A DNA stretch of 64,000 bases, from contig OY740806.1 of assembly GCA_963514005.1 (NCBI GenBank), positions 21,328,001 to 21,392,000 of the forward strand, read 5' to 3'. Below the pieces are notes generated by a model. The model searched no databases. It was not told where the DNA came from and was given only the letters and a program-made list of their open reading frames with translations. The position numbers and the translations under genes are program-made. Numbering within the stretch: position 1 is the stretch's first letter; the number at the start of each line of letters is the position of its first letter. This DNA is from Raja brachyura (taxonomy: Eukaryota). Shown one piece after another: positions 28,901 to 40,700 of this stretch.

Positions 28901-31900
28901 CATCCTAATTCTTTTAGACTCGTGGGACAAAGTGCCTGTTTCATTACTGTATAACCCAATAAATCTAGGGTTCCTCTACCATGTGCTTACTATCACACAC
29001 GCTGCAACTTCCACCCTGAAGTAGATAAGCTTCAAAATGTTCAATCCAAATCACTGTTGCAATACATAAAGAAGAGAGCAATAGGTCATTTAGTCAATTT
29101 TTAACATACCAACCAACAGGGTGGCGCATCGCTAGAGTTACTGCCTGACAGTGCAAGAGACCCAGGTTCAATCCTGACTGCAAGTGCTGTCTGTACGGAG
29201 TTTGTATGTCTTAAGGTCATAAGTGATAGGAGCATAATTCGGCCATTTGGCCCATCAAGTCTACACTGCCATTCAATCATGGCTGATCTATCGCTCCCTC
29301 CTAACCAAATTCTCCTGCCTTCTCCCCATAACCCCTAATCAATTATTTGTTCTTCCTGCAAAGATGTATAGGTTTGTAGGTTAATTGGTTTTGGTAAAAT
29401 GGCAATTGTCCCTAGAGAGCTAATTCTGTCAACTTTGGAAATGGTGCTATGATGGTCATGCAATGAATATCAAAAAATCAACAAAGATCTTTAGTGTTAG
29501 TGTACAGGGATCGCTGGTCGGCGTGGATTCCATGGGGTGAAGGGCCTGTTTCTGCACTGTATCTCTAAACTTAACAACTAGACATTCATGTGCCAAGTAT
29601 ATTTCAATTGGTGGTGCTCTGCTGAGAGAATTTGCCAAATGCTATTTGAAGTAAAATGCTAACACCTATCATTAATCTCAAACATTTGATTTTCTTTCAG
29701 TGGAATCTCCCGATAAAGATAAAGACTCTCTGGAATCTAACACACAGGTACTCTGTACACAGATGGAGATTGTAAACTATTGACAAAAGAGGTTTAATGC
29801 TTGTTTTAAAGGGATCAACTAACAATGGAGATTGTTTTACAGCAGAGCGTTGTTTTGATAAAGTTTACATGAACATTTCTTCAAATGTGTCAGTTTATGT
29901 TGAAATAATTAACTCTCTCAAAACGACTACTGTTGAAAAAATGCAGATAACATATTAGTAATGAATTGAGAAAATAGATTGAAAATGTTGCATGTTGTTT
30001 GCTATCGTATAGTAGAAATGACACACTGGAGTTGCATAAATCATCACGTTTCTTATTAGTAGTCATTTTGAAATATTCTGCAAATGTTGTATAACTGCCA
30101 TCACATTGATGTGCATATATACTAAAGATTCCCAAATGTTGAAGATCGATTCATGTTAAATTGATACTACTGCCAAGTTCAAAGCAATGACGACAAAATA
30201 AAAATAAAGTGTCTTTCTTCACCTGTCCCCTGTCTCTCATTTGTAGTCAGAATCTCTCCACTCACTTTGTTTCACACAGATACATGTTGCAATTTAGAGA
30301 TGCATCGTCCTGTTTTTATAAAATCAGGATCACACATTGCAAAGGCAGAGAATTCTACTGATTAACTCACTCCTTTCACATAAATATTTGATTCAGTTGT
30401 AAGATGACTGCAGAAGAGTATTGGGTTCTCCAGTGGGATTGCAGTTTACTGCTGGCGTCTTGCCTAAAGGAGAGGGAACTAAGTGAGCTTGCTCGGAAAG
30501 CTGCCACCATGGCAATGTGTCAGACGGCTGTTGGCACTGTTGGATTGCTTATCAGCATGATTCACCATCCTTGCAACATGTGGAAATTATTCTTTTAAAT
30601 CACAGTCAGGCAAAATCATTATCCAATTGTACTGAGCCACAAGACAGGAAATCCAACTTTCCCATGAAACAGAATTTCCAATATATTCAATAAAAGGTGG
30701 AAATCAGAAAATTATAAATGAGTCATGCCCGGTTAAGAATAATGCATCATTGTAAAACTCTAACTTTACAAGGAGTGGGATGAACGTCTATTTGCTTTGT
30801 ACTTTGCAGTGCAAGGCACTGAAGAGAATCCAGTCTCAAACAGCAAGTTGTGGCATATTGAGTAATGAGTCCATTTAATGACTTAGACACCCACATATTT
30901 ATTGCAGATCAGAATTCTGAAATTGGAGAATGAAGTGGATAAAATGAATGAAGAATATTCTCTATGCACAACAAAGATTGCAGAGTACAACCAACAGATT
31001 GAATGTTTAGAACAAGAACTAAGGATTCAGGACAACTTTATAAAGGTAATGACACAGTCAGGCACACATACTTATTTTCCTGTGCTTGGTTCTATGAAAC
31101 ATACCACTTTAATGTTATGCACTCTTCATGGAGCACTTGTGTACGGTAAAAGTGACCCAGGATCCACAATAGACTAGGAAGCTGAAAAGTGAGTAAAACA
31201 TCTTTAATTACTTATGTGTAGTTTCACTTAATGACGTCTATTCACTGACACTACGGTCCAAGTCAGTTATCAAATATATGCAATTAATTAATGATTTTAC
31301 AAAACATCCTGCTCATGCTTTAGATTAGTAATTCTTTGTACAATGCTAGTATCCATTTAAAATAGAAATCTCATCTCTTTTAATGAGTTACAATGAAACT
31401 GGAAACAAAAAATTAATTGTAATAAAAGTCATTGTAATTATTAAGAGTAGCTCCTTCATAGTAGTTCTCCATATTCTAGATGCTTTAATGAATACATTAT
31501 TAAAATAAAAAAAGACATCAAGCAAGAGGAGATGGCGGGTCAGGTGACCAAAAACATCACGTTTTAAGGGGATGGTTGTGGATGAGGCAGTCACTGGAGA
31601 TGGACTCAGTGTGAATGACAAACTATGGGGCCCTGCCACACTTAAGTTTGTGGACCCAATTATTGGGGAAAGAGAGTCCCAAGATGGAGTCCCAAGAGGA
31701 CTGTTCTGGGATTCATTTACCATCACCTTACAGACTCATTGCCCTGCCTGGTTAGCATTGGCCTGCTTGAAAGTTTTCCTGTCCAGTCTAGAAATGTTAT
31801 TGTCTTCTGGCATGGATTGTACAGTTTCTGTAAATAATACGACTAATATTCTTATAAAATATATGTTGATCATGACTATTTCACAAACCCTTCATGTTTC

Positions 31901-32085
31901 AGGAGGGCGCTATTGGTTCCGAGAAGCCACCAGAAGAATTCAACAAGTTACTGGGAAATCTCTCGGAAGCCCGATATAAAATGTCAGTCCTACAGCTGCA
32001 AAGACGTTGTGTAATGAACAGGCTTTCGGAAGTAGAGCCTGAATTGGCAGATCTGTACACGACACTGGAACCAACTCAGCAATGA
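2023..32085 (+). CDS. Uncharacterised large single-pass membrane protein, 3' part (19 exons, ~932 aa here; 5' end outside window)
   Basis: Exons with AG/GT ends and continuous phase: 2023-2170, 2606-2744, 4588-4761, 5419-5545, 8200-8408, 10141-10303, 11528-11604, 12843-13003, 14216-14333, 16439-16611, 17730-17820, 19829-19963, 20516-20851, 21153-21292, 24383-24501, 26364-26485, 29701-29747, 30908-31045, 31903-32085 (TGA). Peptides include [71 protein letters not shown], hydrophobic [49 protein letters not shown] and a C-terminal coiled-coil-like stretch. No in-frame stops over 2800 nt. Confidence 0.88.
5691..6721. mobile_element. Non-autonomous TIR DNA transposon (~1.03 kb, hAT-like TAG...CTA ends)
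   Basis: Imperfect TIR TAGGTATGTTACA / TGTAACATTGCTA, flanked by direct repeat CAATTAT (5684-5690, 6722-6728; 8 bp ACAATTAT if the terminal A is counted as target). CpG-rich left third; no transposase ORF. Confidence 0.75.
6975..7279 (-). mobile_element. HE1/V-SINE
   Basis: Same head, V-domain and (TAAAC)n tail as 504-809 and 57340-57635. Confidence 0.82.
8432..8678. repeat. Inverted-repeat element built from Penelope-like termini
   Basis: Left arm GTAACTCAGCGGGTCAGGCAG...CTTCTTCAGA and right arm TCTGAAGAAG...GAAATGTCACC...CTGCCTGACCTGTTGAGTTAC are reverse complements. Confidence 0.75.
9678..9899 (-). mobile_element. HE1/V-SINE, lacking tail
   Basis: Head and V-domain match the other HE1 copies. 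Confidence 0.8.
10790..11278 (+). mobile_element. Degraded CR1-type LINE 3' fragment
   Basis: Decayed ORF2-end sequence (AGAGGGCATAGATTTAAGG) ending in AAGGGCCTGTTTCTATGCTGTAT...TGACTCTAACTC. Confidence 0.65.
14415..14890 (-). mobile_element. Penelope-like element relic (GIY-YIG region)
   Basis: Minus strand reads [15 protein letters not shown], then after a frameshift [13 protein letters not shown]; homologous to 27100-28140. Confidence 0.6.
15393..16220 (-). mobile_element. GC-rich non-autonomous LINE derivative (5'UTR-like region plus 3' tail)
   Basis: Homologous to 52070-52781 (shared GCGGAGGCCTCAATAGGCCCGACTATGG and CACTACACCAATTGGTGT...AATAAA plus a (CTTGAAC)-type tail); long G-run; no coding ORF. 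Confidence 0.7.
17192..17588. mobile_element. Possible degenerate Tc1/mariner (Tigger-like) MITE
   Basis: TA|CAGATAACCCTCATTATAACAGACC on the left versus GGTCCGTAATAAAAAGCGTAGACCG|TG on the right: a weak TIR. Confidence 0.4.
18375..18605. repeat. Inverted-repeat element built from Penelope-like termini
   Basis: Arms TGCTGGAGTAACACAG...GGTGACTTTCCGGGTC and AAAACGTCACC...GAGTTACTCCAACA. Confidence 0.75.
19124..19510. repeat. Two adjacent Penelope-terminus inverted repeats
   Basis: 19124-19270 and 19302-19510 each carry TGCTGG..AACTCA..GGTCA arms facing TTACTCCAGCA arms. Confidence 0.7.
21794..22350. mobile_element. PIF/Harbinger-type MITE, family 1
   Basis: ~40 bp TIR AGGGCCTGTCC(T/C)ACCAGCAT...GCGATGAGCGCG; TTA duplication at 21791-21793 and 22351-22353. 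Removing it restores GAGTTACTCCAGC of a host repeat. Confidence 0.9.
22511..22652. repeat. Penelope-terminus arm
   Basis: TGAAGAAGGGTCTCGACCCAAAACATCACC...GAGTTACTCCAGCATTT. Confidence 0.7.
22874..22904. repeat. (AT)n microsatellite
   Basis: About 15 perfect AT units. Confidence 0.95.
23556..23697 (+). mobile_element. 5'-truncated non-LTR retrotransposon 3' end with (GAA)n tail (possibly Ingi/Vingi-like)
   Basis: Ends CGCCATACACAAGAAGAAGAAG; imperfect target duplication ATCCACCCTAAT (23544-23555) / ATCCAACCTGAT (23698-23709). Confidence 0.6.
24259..24366. repeat. Degenerate 24-bp minisatellite, ~4.5 copies
   Basis: Units resemble GTGTGAACTGTGGGAATCATTTGG; ends just upstream of the acceptor at 24382. 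Confidence 0.75.
24735..25152 (+). mobile_element. CR1-type LINE 3' fragment
   Basis: GATGCGAGGGGATCTCATTGAAACCTG...GTGAATCTGTGGAATTCATT...tail TTATGGTCTTAT. Confidence 0.7.
27100..28140 (-). mobile_element. Penelope-like retroelement relic: GIY-YIG endonuclease region plus terminal repeat
   Basis: Minus-strand translation [20 protein letters not shown] matches the CxSxNxIYCIxCxxC..YIG signature of PLE endonucleases. It runs into AGATGCTGCCTGACCAACTGAGTTCATCCAGCAG, the same sequence as the hairpin arms. Confidence 0.75.
28146..28392 (+). mobile_element. LINE 3' UTR/tail (other copies 62125-62292 on +, 25398-25473 on -)
   Basis: Shared ACTTTACTGGCTTTATCTTGCAC...AGCTTTTCACTGTACC...GACAA(C/T)AAAC(TAAC)n. 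Confidence 0.7.
28625..28955 (+). mobile_element. Degraded CR1-type LINE 3' fragment
   Basis: Similar to 10790-11278 (AGAGGGCATATGCTTAAGG...GCCTGTTTC). Confidence 0.6.
29118..29575 (+). mobile_element. HE1/V-SINE interrupted by an antisense CR1 tail (29211-29340)
   Basis: SINE head 29118-29210, then reverse-strand CR1 3' end (GCCATTCAATCATGGCTGATCTA), then SINE 3' part ending GGGCCTGTTTCTGCACTGTATCTCTAAAC. Confidence 0.7.
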
Positions 32086-34741
32086 GAACCAACTAATGGT
32101 CAGGACATGAAAAGTCAATGGAGGTTGATGTGTAACCATGCAATATAAAGCTTAGAAAGACAAAATGTGCTCAATCCCTCAATTTATGGCCAGAAAACCT
32201 CTTGACCCTTCATCTCTCCAAACTAAATTATTAACCTGGTGACAACCTGCCCTTGCTAATTAGTGATGCCAGAAATTGGAGAACAGGAGTCTTTTATTAA
32301 TTTTGCAAGCCGAATGCAATTCAGAGTGCACCATGCTATTTGGATTCATAGGGATTTCATAGGATCCATCAATTTTCCATATTTCTCATTGTTATACATG
32401 CCCCCAAATTGAGAGAAAAAGTCTATAGGCACATGCCCTTGTTAAAGGAAGAGTGATAATATGAACTTAAGTTCAACATTAATTTAGTAAGTCAAAGTAT
32501 AAGTTAATTAGATAGAGAGACAGCCACCTTTGGAGGTAGCCTTTTTCTTTGGGAGTGCAAGAATGAAAAGTTTAACCCCTTAATAAATTTAACATTGATA
32601 AATTAAAGGCCAAGAAGCAGAGGCTTTATCATTTCTATCCAAGTCACTTTAATTCATAGATGTAAAGTTACATCTATTCAAAGACCAAAGTAACTAATCC
32701 ATTCAGTCATCATATAGTATTTACATCTTAGGTTTTTGTCTGTAAAAACGGAGTAACTTGTGTTTAATTTGCATGCCCAATATTATGTGTTTATAAAGCT
32801 TCTGTTTTGCTGTGTTTTTTTAACTCTTTCACTGACCTCTTGAGATACAGATTTCAGTGTAATTTGAAGTTTAATTCCAATGTGGTGTATTTCCCTTTTT
32901 ACTTGTTGATAATTTATTTAAGGATTAATGTTGCCTTTTATTTGCATGTTTTATTCCCTTATGTCCTTGTCCAGCTACCACAGCCATGTAAACAAAACAG
33001 GTTTCTCTGTCTGATTCACATAAATGTCAATTTACATGGTGCAAGTATGCCATGTAGAATGGTATTTTTTTCTTTCTGTTGGATATCAAAGCTTAATTTG
33101 GAATTGCCACAGCAGTGAACCGACCAAACGTACAAAGTCTACAATTGAAACACCCACCCTCTTTCACAATCTTCCCTACAGTATTATTCTCCTTGTTCTG
33201 CAGTGTCCCTGTTTCCATTCTGTACCCTTTATACAGTATGCACCTTGCAATAGTCCCACCATTGGCAAAATTGTTTGTTCCGCCATCAAAACTTTACACT
33301 CATGAGTTCTACCCCCAAATTACCCACTTCCAAATTTCAAGCACACCTTCAGTTTTCTCTTCTAGCCATGTCCTTTTTAGATGGTTGACATTGTCTTATG
33401 CTGTCATGCTGCACACGGGACAGATATTTCAGAAGGTCTCCGACAACAGGTGGTGAGTAGATTGAACCATGACTTGCAAAAATAAATGGTTTGATTTCAG
33501 CTGTTGTGTTGCAAATCAGTTTGTCTGCCCAATTGCTGTGTTTAAACGCAATTATTGCATACCAATGTGATCTTTGTAAAGAGTTTGGATTCTGCTTGAA
33601 ATCCATTCTTATTGTTCTGTTGGATTTTAATGTGGGGAACAATATCACTACGACAAAATGTGTATGAAAATATAGTAAAGCTCACTGAAATAAATCCTCG
33701 TAAATGTGCTTGTACATTAAAATATCTCAGCAGCTACAATATCAGTCTAATCTAAATTTATTTTATGTGTAATACTTTTCAATTCTGCGATATTCTGTGC
33801 ATTCTATATGAATAGTATCAATTTAAAGATTTGTCAATGCTTACTCTAATAATTTGGAAAGGTTGCTTCTCTAGTAAGATTTGATTGATTTCCTTTTGCA
33901 CCATAGACTATTGATAGTTAGACAATAAATAGAGCCAGTATTGGACCAGTTGCCTCTTTCAGGTACATCTACTTGTGGTTATATATCATATATTCCAGAT
34001 GCAAGGCATCAAATCTTCTAATAATTTATTAAGAAAAGGATATCGATCTTTTTTTTCTTTAGTCTTCTCAAAATATGTGCTTGTGTTCCTTCAGTTGTTG
34101 ACACAAGAGCTGCGTAGTTTCCATTATCACACAATATGTCATGTTTAACGGATCCAACAACACAGCACTCCCTTAGTACTACACCAAAAGGTCAGCTCAA
34201 GTCCCGGACTGTGATTTAAAGACATAATCTGCTGGAATAGTGGCAGTAACACAGAACTAAGGCAGATGTGTCAAGAAAATACAAAGAAAAGTGGGTATTA
34301 AATCACTTTTATTCTGTATGTGAAATAAATTCAAGTTCTGTCTGATCCAAGGAACGGAACAGAATGTTCTGTCATTTCATTCTAGTTAAAAGGCTTTCAA
34401 CACAATAAAACACGCCAAAAGCACTGAAGATTATGTTGACACACTAATGCTACTCTACAATGGTGTTTTGCATTCCACATTAATTTCAAAAAGCTTACAG
34501 TAAATATTAGAACCATTGCTTGGTAATATGTAATAGAATACCATATTTAATCTGACTTGCTCATTGAGTATGTTTTGCCTCTGCTGAATTATTCATTTAA
34601 TTGGTATATGTTAGGAGCACACTGCAACATGCCCAGTCTTGCACTGCTGTTTGGAGCTGCGCAAACACCACATTCATCATCAGGTGCTCTTGCAAAGTTT
34701 AAAAGCTTGTTAGAATGCTTCTGCAGTGATACAAAAGTACC

Positions 34742-37700
34742 ATGTTTATTACAGTGTTATATGGAGGTAAGTGTAAGAACTTTTATAACAGTCAAAATAA
34801 TTGCCTCATTTTGTGACAGTATCTTTAGCATTAAACATATAATACTCTAGCTGCATGTGGTTACAGTTAATTATAATAGATCAATAAAGTAGATTTAAAT
34901 GTCTTTTCAAATTATTTCTGACTGTATTCTGCAATGTAGGTTGAGGAAGGAGCAGGGAAGGAAAGTCTACAATAACATGGTTAAAACAATTGTTGGCATA
35001 TTCATTCATATCAGTAAAAGAAACATAATATTGACAATCTACATCATTGTTTGGATTATGTTTTTCTGCCATATATTGTGCTTTATTCATTTTTATTAAT
35101 GTGATTTGTTGGTCCCAATGTTATCAATTGAAAGTAAAATTGGGGAACCTTTTCTCTTCAGATAACGACACTGCTAATTGCAACTGCTAACTTTAAAGTT
35201 TCAATTTAGTGCACATGAAGCCCCAGGACACCATGGGGAAGGTGCAACATTTCTGTATTAATACAAAGCGATTGAAAAGGAACAGGAAATGTTCCACTCA
35301 CCTGCATTTCCCTTTGGATATGTTGGGCTATTTTTTTTTTAATTGCACCGATCAGAAGGTGATTGGCCTTTGATGGTGAGATCTGGTCAATGTTGGCAAT
35401 GATCCAGACTCTGCTGAGGTTTTTCTGGAATGTTTGGAAGACTGAGGCAAGTGGACTGGCTGAGTACGACCTTGGAAAGAAACAGGGTGTGAGGCTCAAT
35501 TGAGATACCAGAAAGTGCAGATGCTTGAATCTGGAGCAACCAACAATCTGCTGGAGGATCTCAGCAGCTCTGTAGATGGAAATGAATGGTCGTGTGCCAA
35601 GTCGAGCCCCTGCATCACGGCAGAGGGGAGATACCCAGTAGTAAGAGTGGGTGTCTCAGTTAGGAGCTCTGTGGTGGGTGAAGCATGGAGGATGAAGAAG
35701 TTGTGGATGGGCAGTGTGAAGATTGTGGCATAGAGGGATAATATCCAGAGGTAAATTACACTGGGATCGTAGAACTGTCTCCTCAAAAATGGTTCAAGCC
35801 ATGTGAAAGTGGGACAATTGTATGTTCTAAACTACAGTAATTGACCCTGTTCAGGTAATTATAATAAAAGGATATGGAATCAAGGCAGGTAAATGAGTGC
35901 ACATCAATCAAGATTGAGCTCAAATAACAGAATAGCCTTTCCCATTCCTTTGTTAGCCTTCCTTCATTGATGCAATACCTAGATCGTGTGCTGAATTATC
36001 ATGTCAGTAGAAGGGTTAGGTCGTTCACAAATGGCTAATTTCTCACTTATAGTGAGAGCAATGCCAGTGCAGAATGCTAACCTTTGAATTCTATGCTCAG
36101 ACGGAAGTCATGACTTACAGTAGCTGAACAGAAAGCATTGATCAAATATCTTGCCCAAGCATGGAAGTTGTGATTATCTGTTAAGCAAAGCCCTTGAAGA
36201 ACTATAAACCAGCGTGACACAAAGATGGGTAATAAATGAGATAGGAGGGAAAGGGTTTTTCATAGAGGCTGAATATGCAGCGCAAGCTAGCAGAGGAAGT
36301 AATGGAGGCACTTAAGCCAGTACTTGGATAGAAAAGCCATAATGCAGGCAAATGGGACCAACATCGATTGTTATATTTGTAAGGACAAGAAGGGGCCTGT
36401 TTCTGTTTCCATGATTCTATGAAATGCAGGTTTTACTCATTATAGCCACGTCTCATGGTTTTTTTGTGTAGTTCCAAAATGTAAAGGAGAACAAAGAAAA
36501 CGGAATGCAACTTTGTAATAATCAGATAATGTTCCACTTTAGAAAATGGACTGAACCAGGCTCAATTATAGCATTCAAAAGGGGTTGCTGGATATCAGCT
36601 ATTCATGGCTCACCATGTCTTGGAAATTCACAATCCAACACGTTTCCTGATGAATTCCACCATTCCCTAGCAGCGGAGCAGTGACTTGCTGACAAGTGGA
36701 ACCAAATGCACTTTACATCCAGTCCACAGCCACATAACAACGATCATGAACGGAGACCTCATTCATTTGACTAAGCTCACAATGCTGTGGATGGAAGTAA
36801 ATAATTTATGTACATTATTTTACTGAATTCACCTTTTTTGTTTGTATTTGACCTATCCTAATAATTTGTACTCATTAACTTTATTTTCACAGTTATTCAA
36901 GTTGTTTGAATAGGTTTTATAAATATCTTTGTTACACCATTTTTGATGACCAGTGAGCTGTCAGGGGCTTTCTGGGGGAGTGCGGTTATGACACACAAAG
37001 CCTACTTAGAGCCTATTCGCAAGATACTTGTATGCGTCAACTTGTTTAGGTAAGTCTTTACCTTGAGAAAAAGTGTAGGTGGGGACCACAGGCAATGATA
37101 CCAAATAGTAGGTTGGGTCCAGGACATTTTGGATCATTGCATTCTTTGGTTCTAAGTCACAATACTCTTTTTGTGGGAGCTAGGAACAGTCAGAATGTTT
37201 GTGAGATTAACTTTGTAATCATGTTTATGTACACTGCAGATAATGAACATGCTCTCTTCAATCCATACTGCAAGACCCAAATTTTATTGGACTGCATCAA
37301 ACAGAACTGTCATTATGAGACTGAAGGTATAAGATAAATTATTCATTTGGGCAGAGATATGAAGTGGTTCCATTTGTAATGATTGTGGCATAGATAATCA
37401 TGTGGAGCTATGCTCTTTGACTCTCAATACAAGTACAATGTTGGTAGAAAAACAACCTAATTTTGTGGGATAGGTATATGTTTATATATTTCAGAAATTG
37501 AGGCACTAGTGGTGAGATACATTACATAATTTCACTCTGGTACATGTAAAATGGCGGCGCTTTGCGGCAGTGGCCCCTGCAGTCCGTCTGTCTTTTTTTT
37601 GTTGTCTCGTTTAATGTGTTTTTATAATGTTTTTGACTGTATATGTGGGGGGGCAAGGGGTGGGGGAAACTTTTAAATCTCTTCCCTGCACGGGAGAGAT

Positions 37701-40700
37701 TCTGGCTGGCCTTGAAGCATGGGGAGCTGTGGTGGCGCTTGGCTACGGGCGGTGACATCGGGAGCTCGTTGGTCCCTGGTGGGAGACCTCTTTTCGGAGC
37801 TCCTGTGGCGGCAGCTTCTCCCGCCCGAGTTGTGGGGCTGAAGGCGACCTGGGGCGGGGCCTGACATCGCCCGGCACGGACTTAATTACCGCGGGACTTG
37901 CCATCGCCCGCCGGGGGCTTTAACATCGGGACAGGATGGAGAGCGCGGGAGAGACAAGACTTTGCCTTCCATTACAGTGAGGAGGAGATTCACTGTGATG
38001 GATGTCTGTGTGAATTGAGTTGTAAAGTTGTTTCTTTTTGTTGTATGGCTGCAGAAACCAAAGTTCCTAACGGAAAAATAATGTACATTTGATTTTGATA
38101 GGTTGCTGATGATTAACTAATGATAATTCAGGGAATATTTTCTGTACAATGAATTTTCAGTACCAGTTATGGTATAGGAGGGGCATTGAATAACTCAAAA
38201 CCTACTCTATGTGGAAGGAAATATTAAGGGTCAGAAAGAAAGCCTGCTACCCTGCATTAGTGTGTACTATTGAAGACATAAAGCAATGCCTAAAAGCGTT
38301 AAGTAGGGTTTGCCGATATTCAATGTTAGGGTATGCAAGACCAAGAAAGAGTAGGCAGTAAATGTTCCACTCAAAACAGTTCATTCTGAGGCCGGAATAA
38401 TTCTGTGTCGGAGTAAGGTGGCTTTCCACTTAATTAGTTGTTTTTCTAATGCCGTTATCAAAATCCCCAAGAAAACATAAATCTGACATGATTCTGAATA
38501 GGTGAATTCTCCCACATAATTTGTAACTTGAGTGGATGAGTTCTGAAACCACCTAAAACCTGAACCTTTTTTTCCAGAGAACCTACTTGTCTTTGTTTCC
38601 CATTGTTTGATGAACAAGAAGGAAATTCCCAGCAGCTGAGTTGTCCCCACTTGTGGATAGTCTGACTAAAAAACATAAGAAATTCAGTAATAAATCCAAT
38701 AATAAACATATATAAGGGTCAGGGTGAGGAAATGTTATGAGCAATTCATAGGCAGCGTGTGATGTGAGATAATGTTGACATTTAAGGGGTATAAATAAAT
38801 CATTTTGATCAGTAATCAGGAAAACTAACAACGTTTTCATGTATTGCTGAAAGAAATTAAGCCAAAGATCGAGAAGCTATGCTTTAGTCATCTAGGCTAT
38901 TGTGGAGATCAAGTTTGGAGTACAAATACATTATTGGACTCCTTATTTAATATAACTTCTGAGCAGTCTTGGTATGATGGATGTGCAGAGAAAGTTTATT
39001 ATTGTGGGTGAATCCAGAATTGGGAGCGGTGACTCTCCTTTGAAAATAAAAGATTTGCTCATTTCAGAGAGCGAAGGCAGGATTTTTCTGCATGTCTTGA
39101 GTCTTTAGTACTCTCTTAAGGGCCTGTCCCACCAGCATGCAACTCTATGCGATTAGCTCGACCTAACGTGGTTGCTTGAGCCGTCTGGCGTCGCGGGGCC
39201 GGTCCCACTTCGATCGCCGGAGCCGTGCGGAATTGTGCGGAGTTTGCCCCGAGTTCGTCCCGACACCGCGCGGGGCTCCGAAAAACCGACTATGTCCAAA
39301 AACCCCGCGCGGCAACGGCTTGTCGTCTCGCAGTCGCCTCGACATTTACACACCTCCCCGACATCGTGCCTCCGTGAACCTATTTGTAAGTGCCTCCGTG
39401 ACCCTCTATGTGTGTGGCTCCGTGGCCCTGTATGTGTGTGTGTCTCGGTGCCCCTCTCTGTGTGCCCCTCTAAGTCCTGGCGAACTTACCTTGGACTTGC
39501 TTCAAGTTCGCCTCGCTTTGCGCCGCGTTGCGCCACTCACCCAACCTCCGCGCGGCCCTCGCTGCCGGTTTAGTTGCGCTTGCCGCATGCAGGCGCATGC
39601 TGGTGGGAACGGCCCTGTACAGGGGATCACCCGACCTCCGCGCGGCCCCCGCTGCCGGTTTGATCACGCTCATCGCATATAGTTGCATGCTGGTGGGACA
39701 GGCCCTTTACATGAAGTGGACAGTTTTTGATTTTTTTTTAAGGCAATTTGTAGATGGATTCTTGATAAGTAAAGTGGAGAATGGAATGAGGAATTGAGGT
39801 TATAATAGTGGGGCAGGCTTAGTTGACACATGTTCTAATCTCACTTCCTAATTCACCTATTTATACGATGATGCATCATCATGACCACATAAGCTATGGA
39901 AGGATGATATCATCAAATGAACCAGATAAGAAATTGCCAGAATTAGAAGTTTCCTCCTTAAAACAGATCTGGTTATGCAGGAATACTGAACTGCAGATGC
40001 AGGTTAACCAAGGAAAGACATAAAATGCTGGAGTAGCTAAGTGGGTCAGCTCTGGTGAATATCGATGGGCGATGTTTCGTGTTGAGACCCTGATATGTGA
40101 TTTTTTTTGGGTTGAACCCTTCAGACTAAAGAAGCCTTAACCCAAAACGTCACCTATCAATGCCCTGACCTGCTAAGTTACACCAGCATTTTGTATCTTT
40201 TCGTAGTGAAGGAGATACTACCATCTACTAGTGATGTTCCAGTGCAAGCAGAGCTGCATCATACATAATAAGAAAGTGAAATATTAGAGAGATCAAACCT
40301 GTAAATATAGAAATGTTTTGTCTTCATGTTTGGTTGTAGTGCTTTGTTTTCATCCGTACTAAGGGGAAAGAGATTTGGTAATCCTTTAAGAGAAAACATT
40401 CCTTAAAGAGGTGTTGTGACCAAATTGTTATCAACTTACTCTCATGGTCAGATGATGCTCCAAAAGTGGCTTTGGATCTAGAAGCACATGTTAAAGCTGC
40501 TTAATGGTGAGTATTCCTTATTAGGCGACTACACAGCTAGAATAGTGGTATTGTGAAAATTATTTTTTTTAAAACAGGAACAATGGGATGAAGGAAATGG
40601 GTTGTTGTGATGTAGCATTGCAAGATCATTAGAAATGATTCATTTGTAGACAGAAATAAGTTATGGAGGAAATCAATCTGCCATAGATGGTTATTTTTGC

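Noticed and set aside
30810-30907. Strong-looking acceptor upstream of exon 30908
   Set aside because: The frame continuous with exon 30908 has three stops and the phase-0 frame also stops; a separate exon would leave an intron of only ~46 nt.
32100-34741. RFX X-box promoter for gene B
   Set aside because: I looked for a GTTGCCATGGCAAC-like palindrome and found no convincing match by eye.
39153-39797. Cluster of long overlapping ORFs (up to 168 aa), mirrored at 21748-22376
   Set aside because: They lie inside GC-rich MITEs where stops are rare; no transposase motifs, and frames differ between the two copies.
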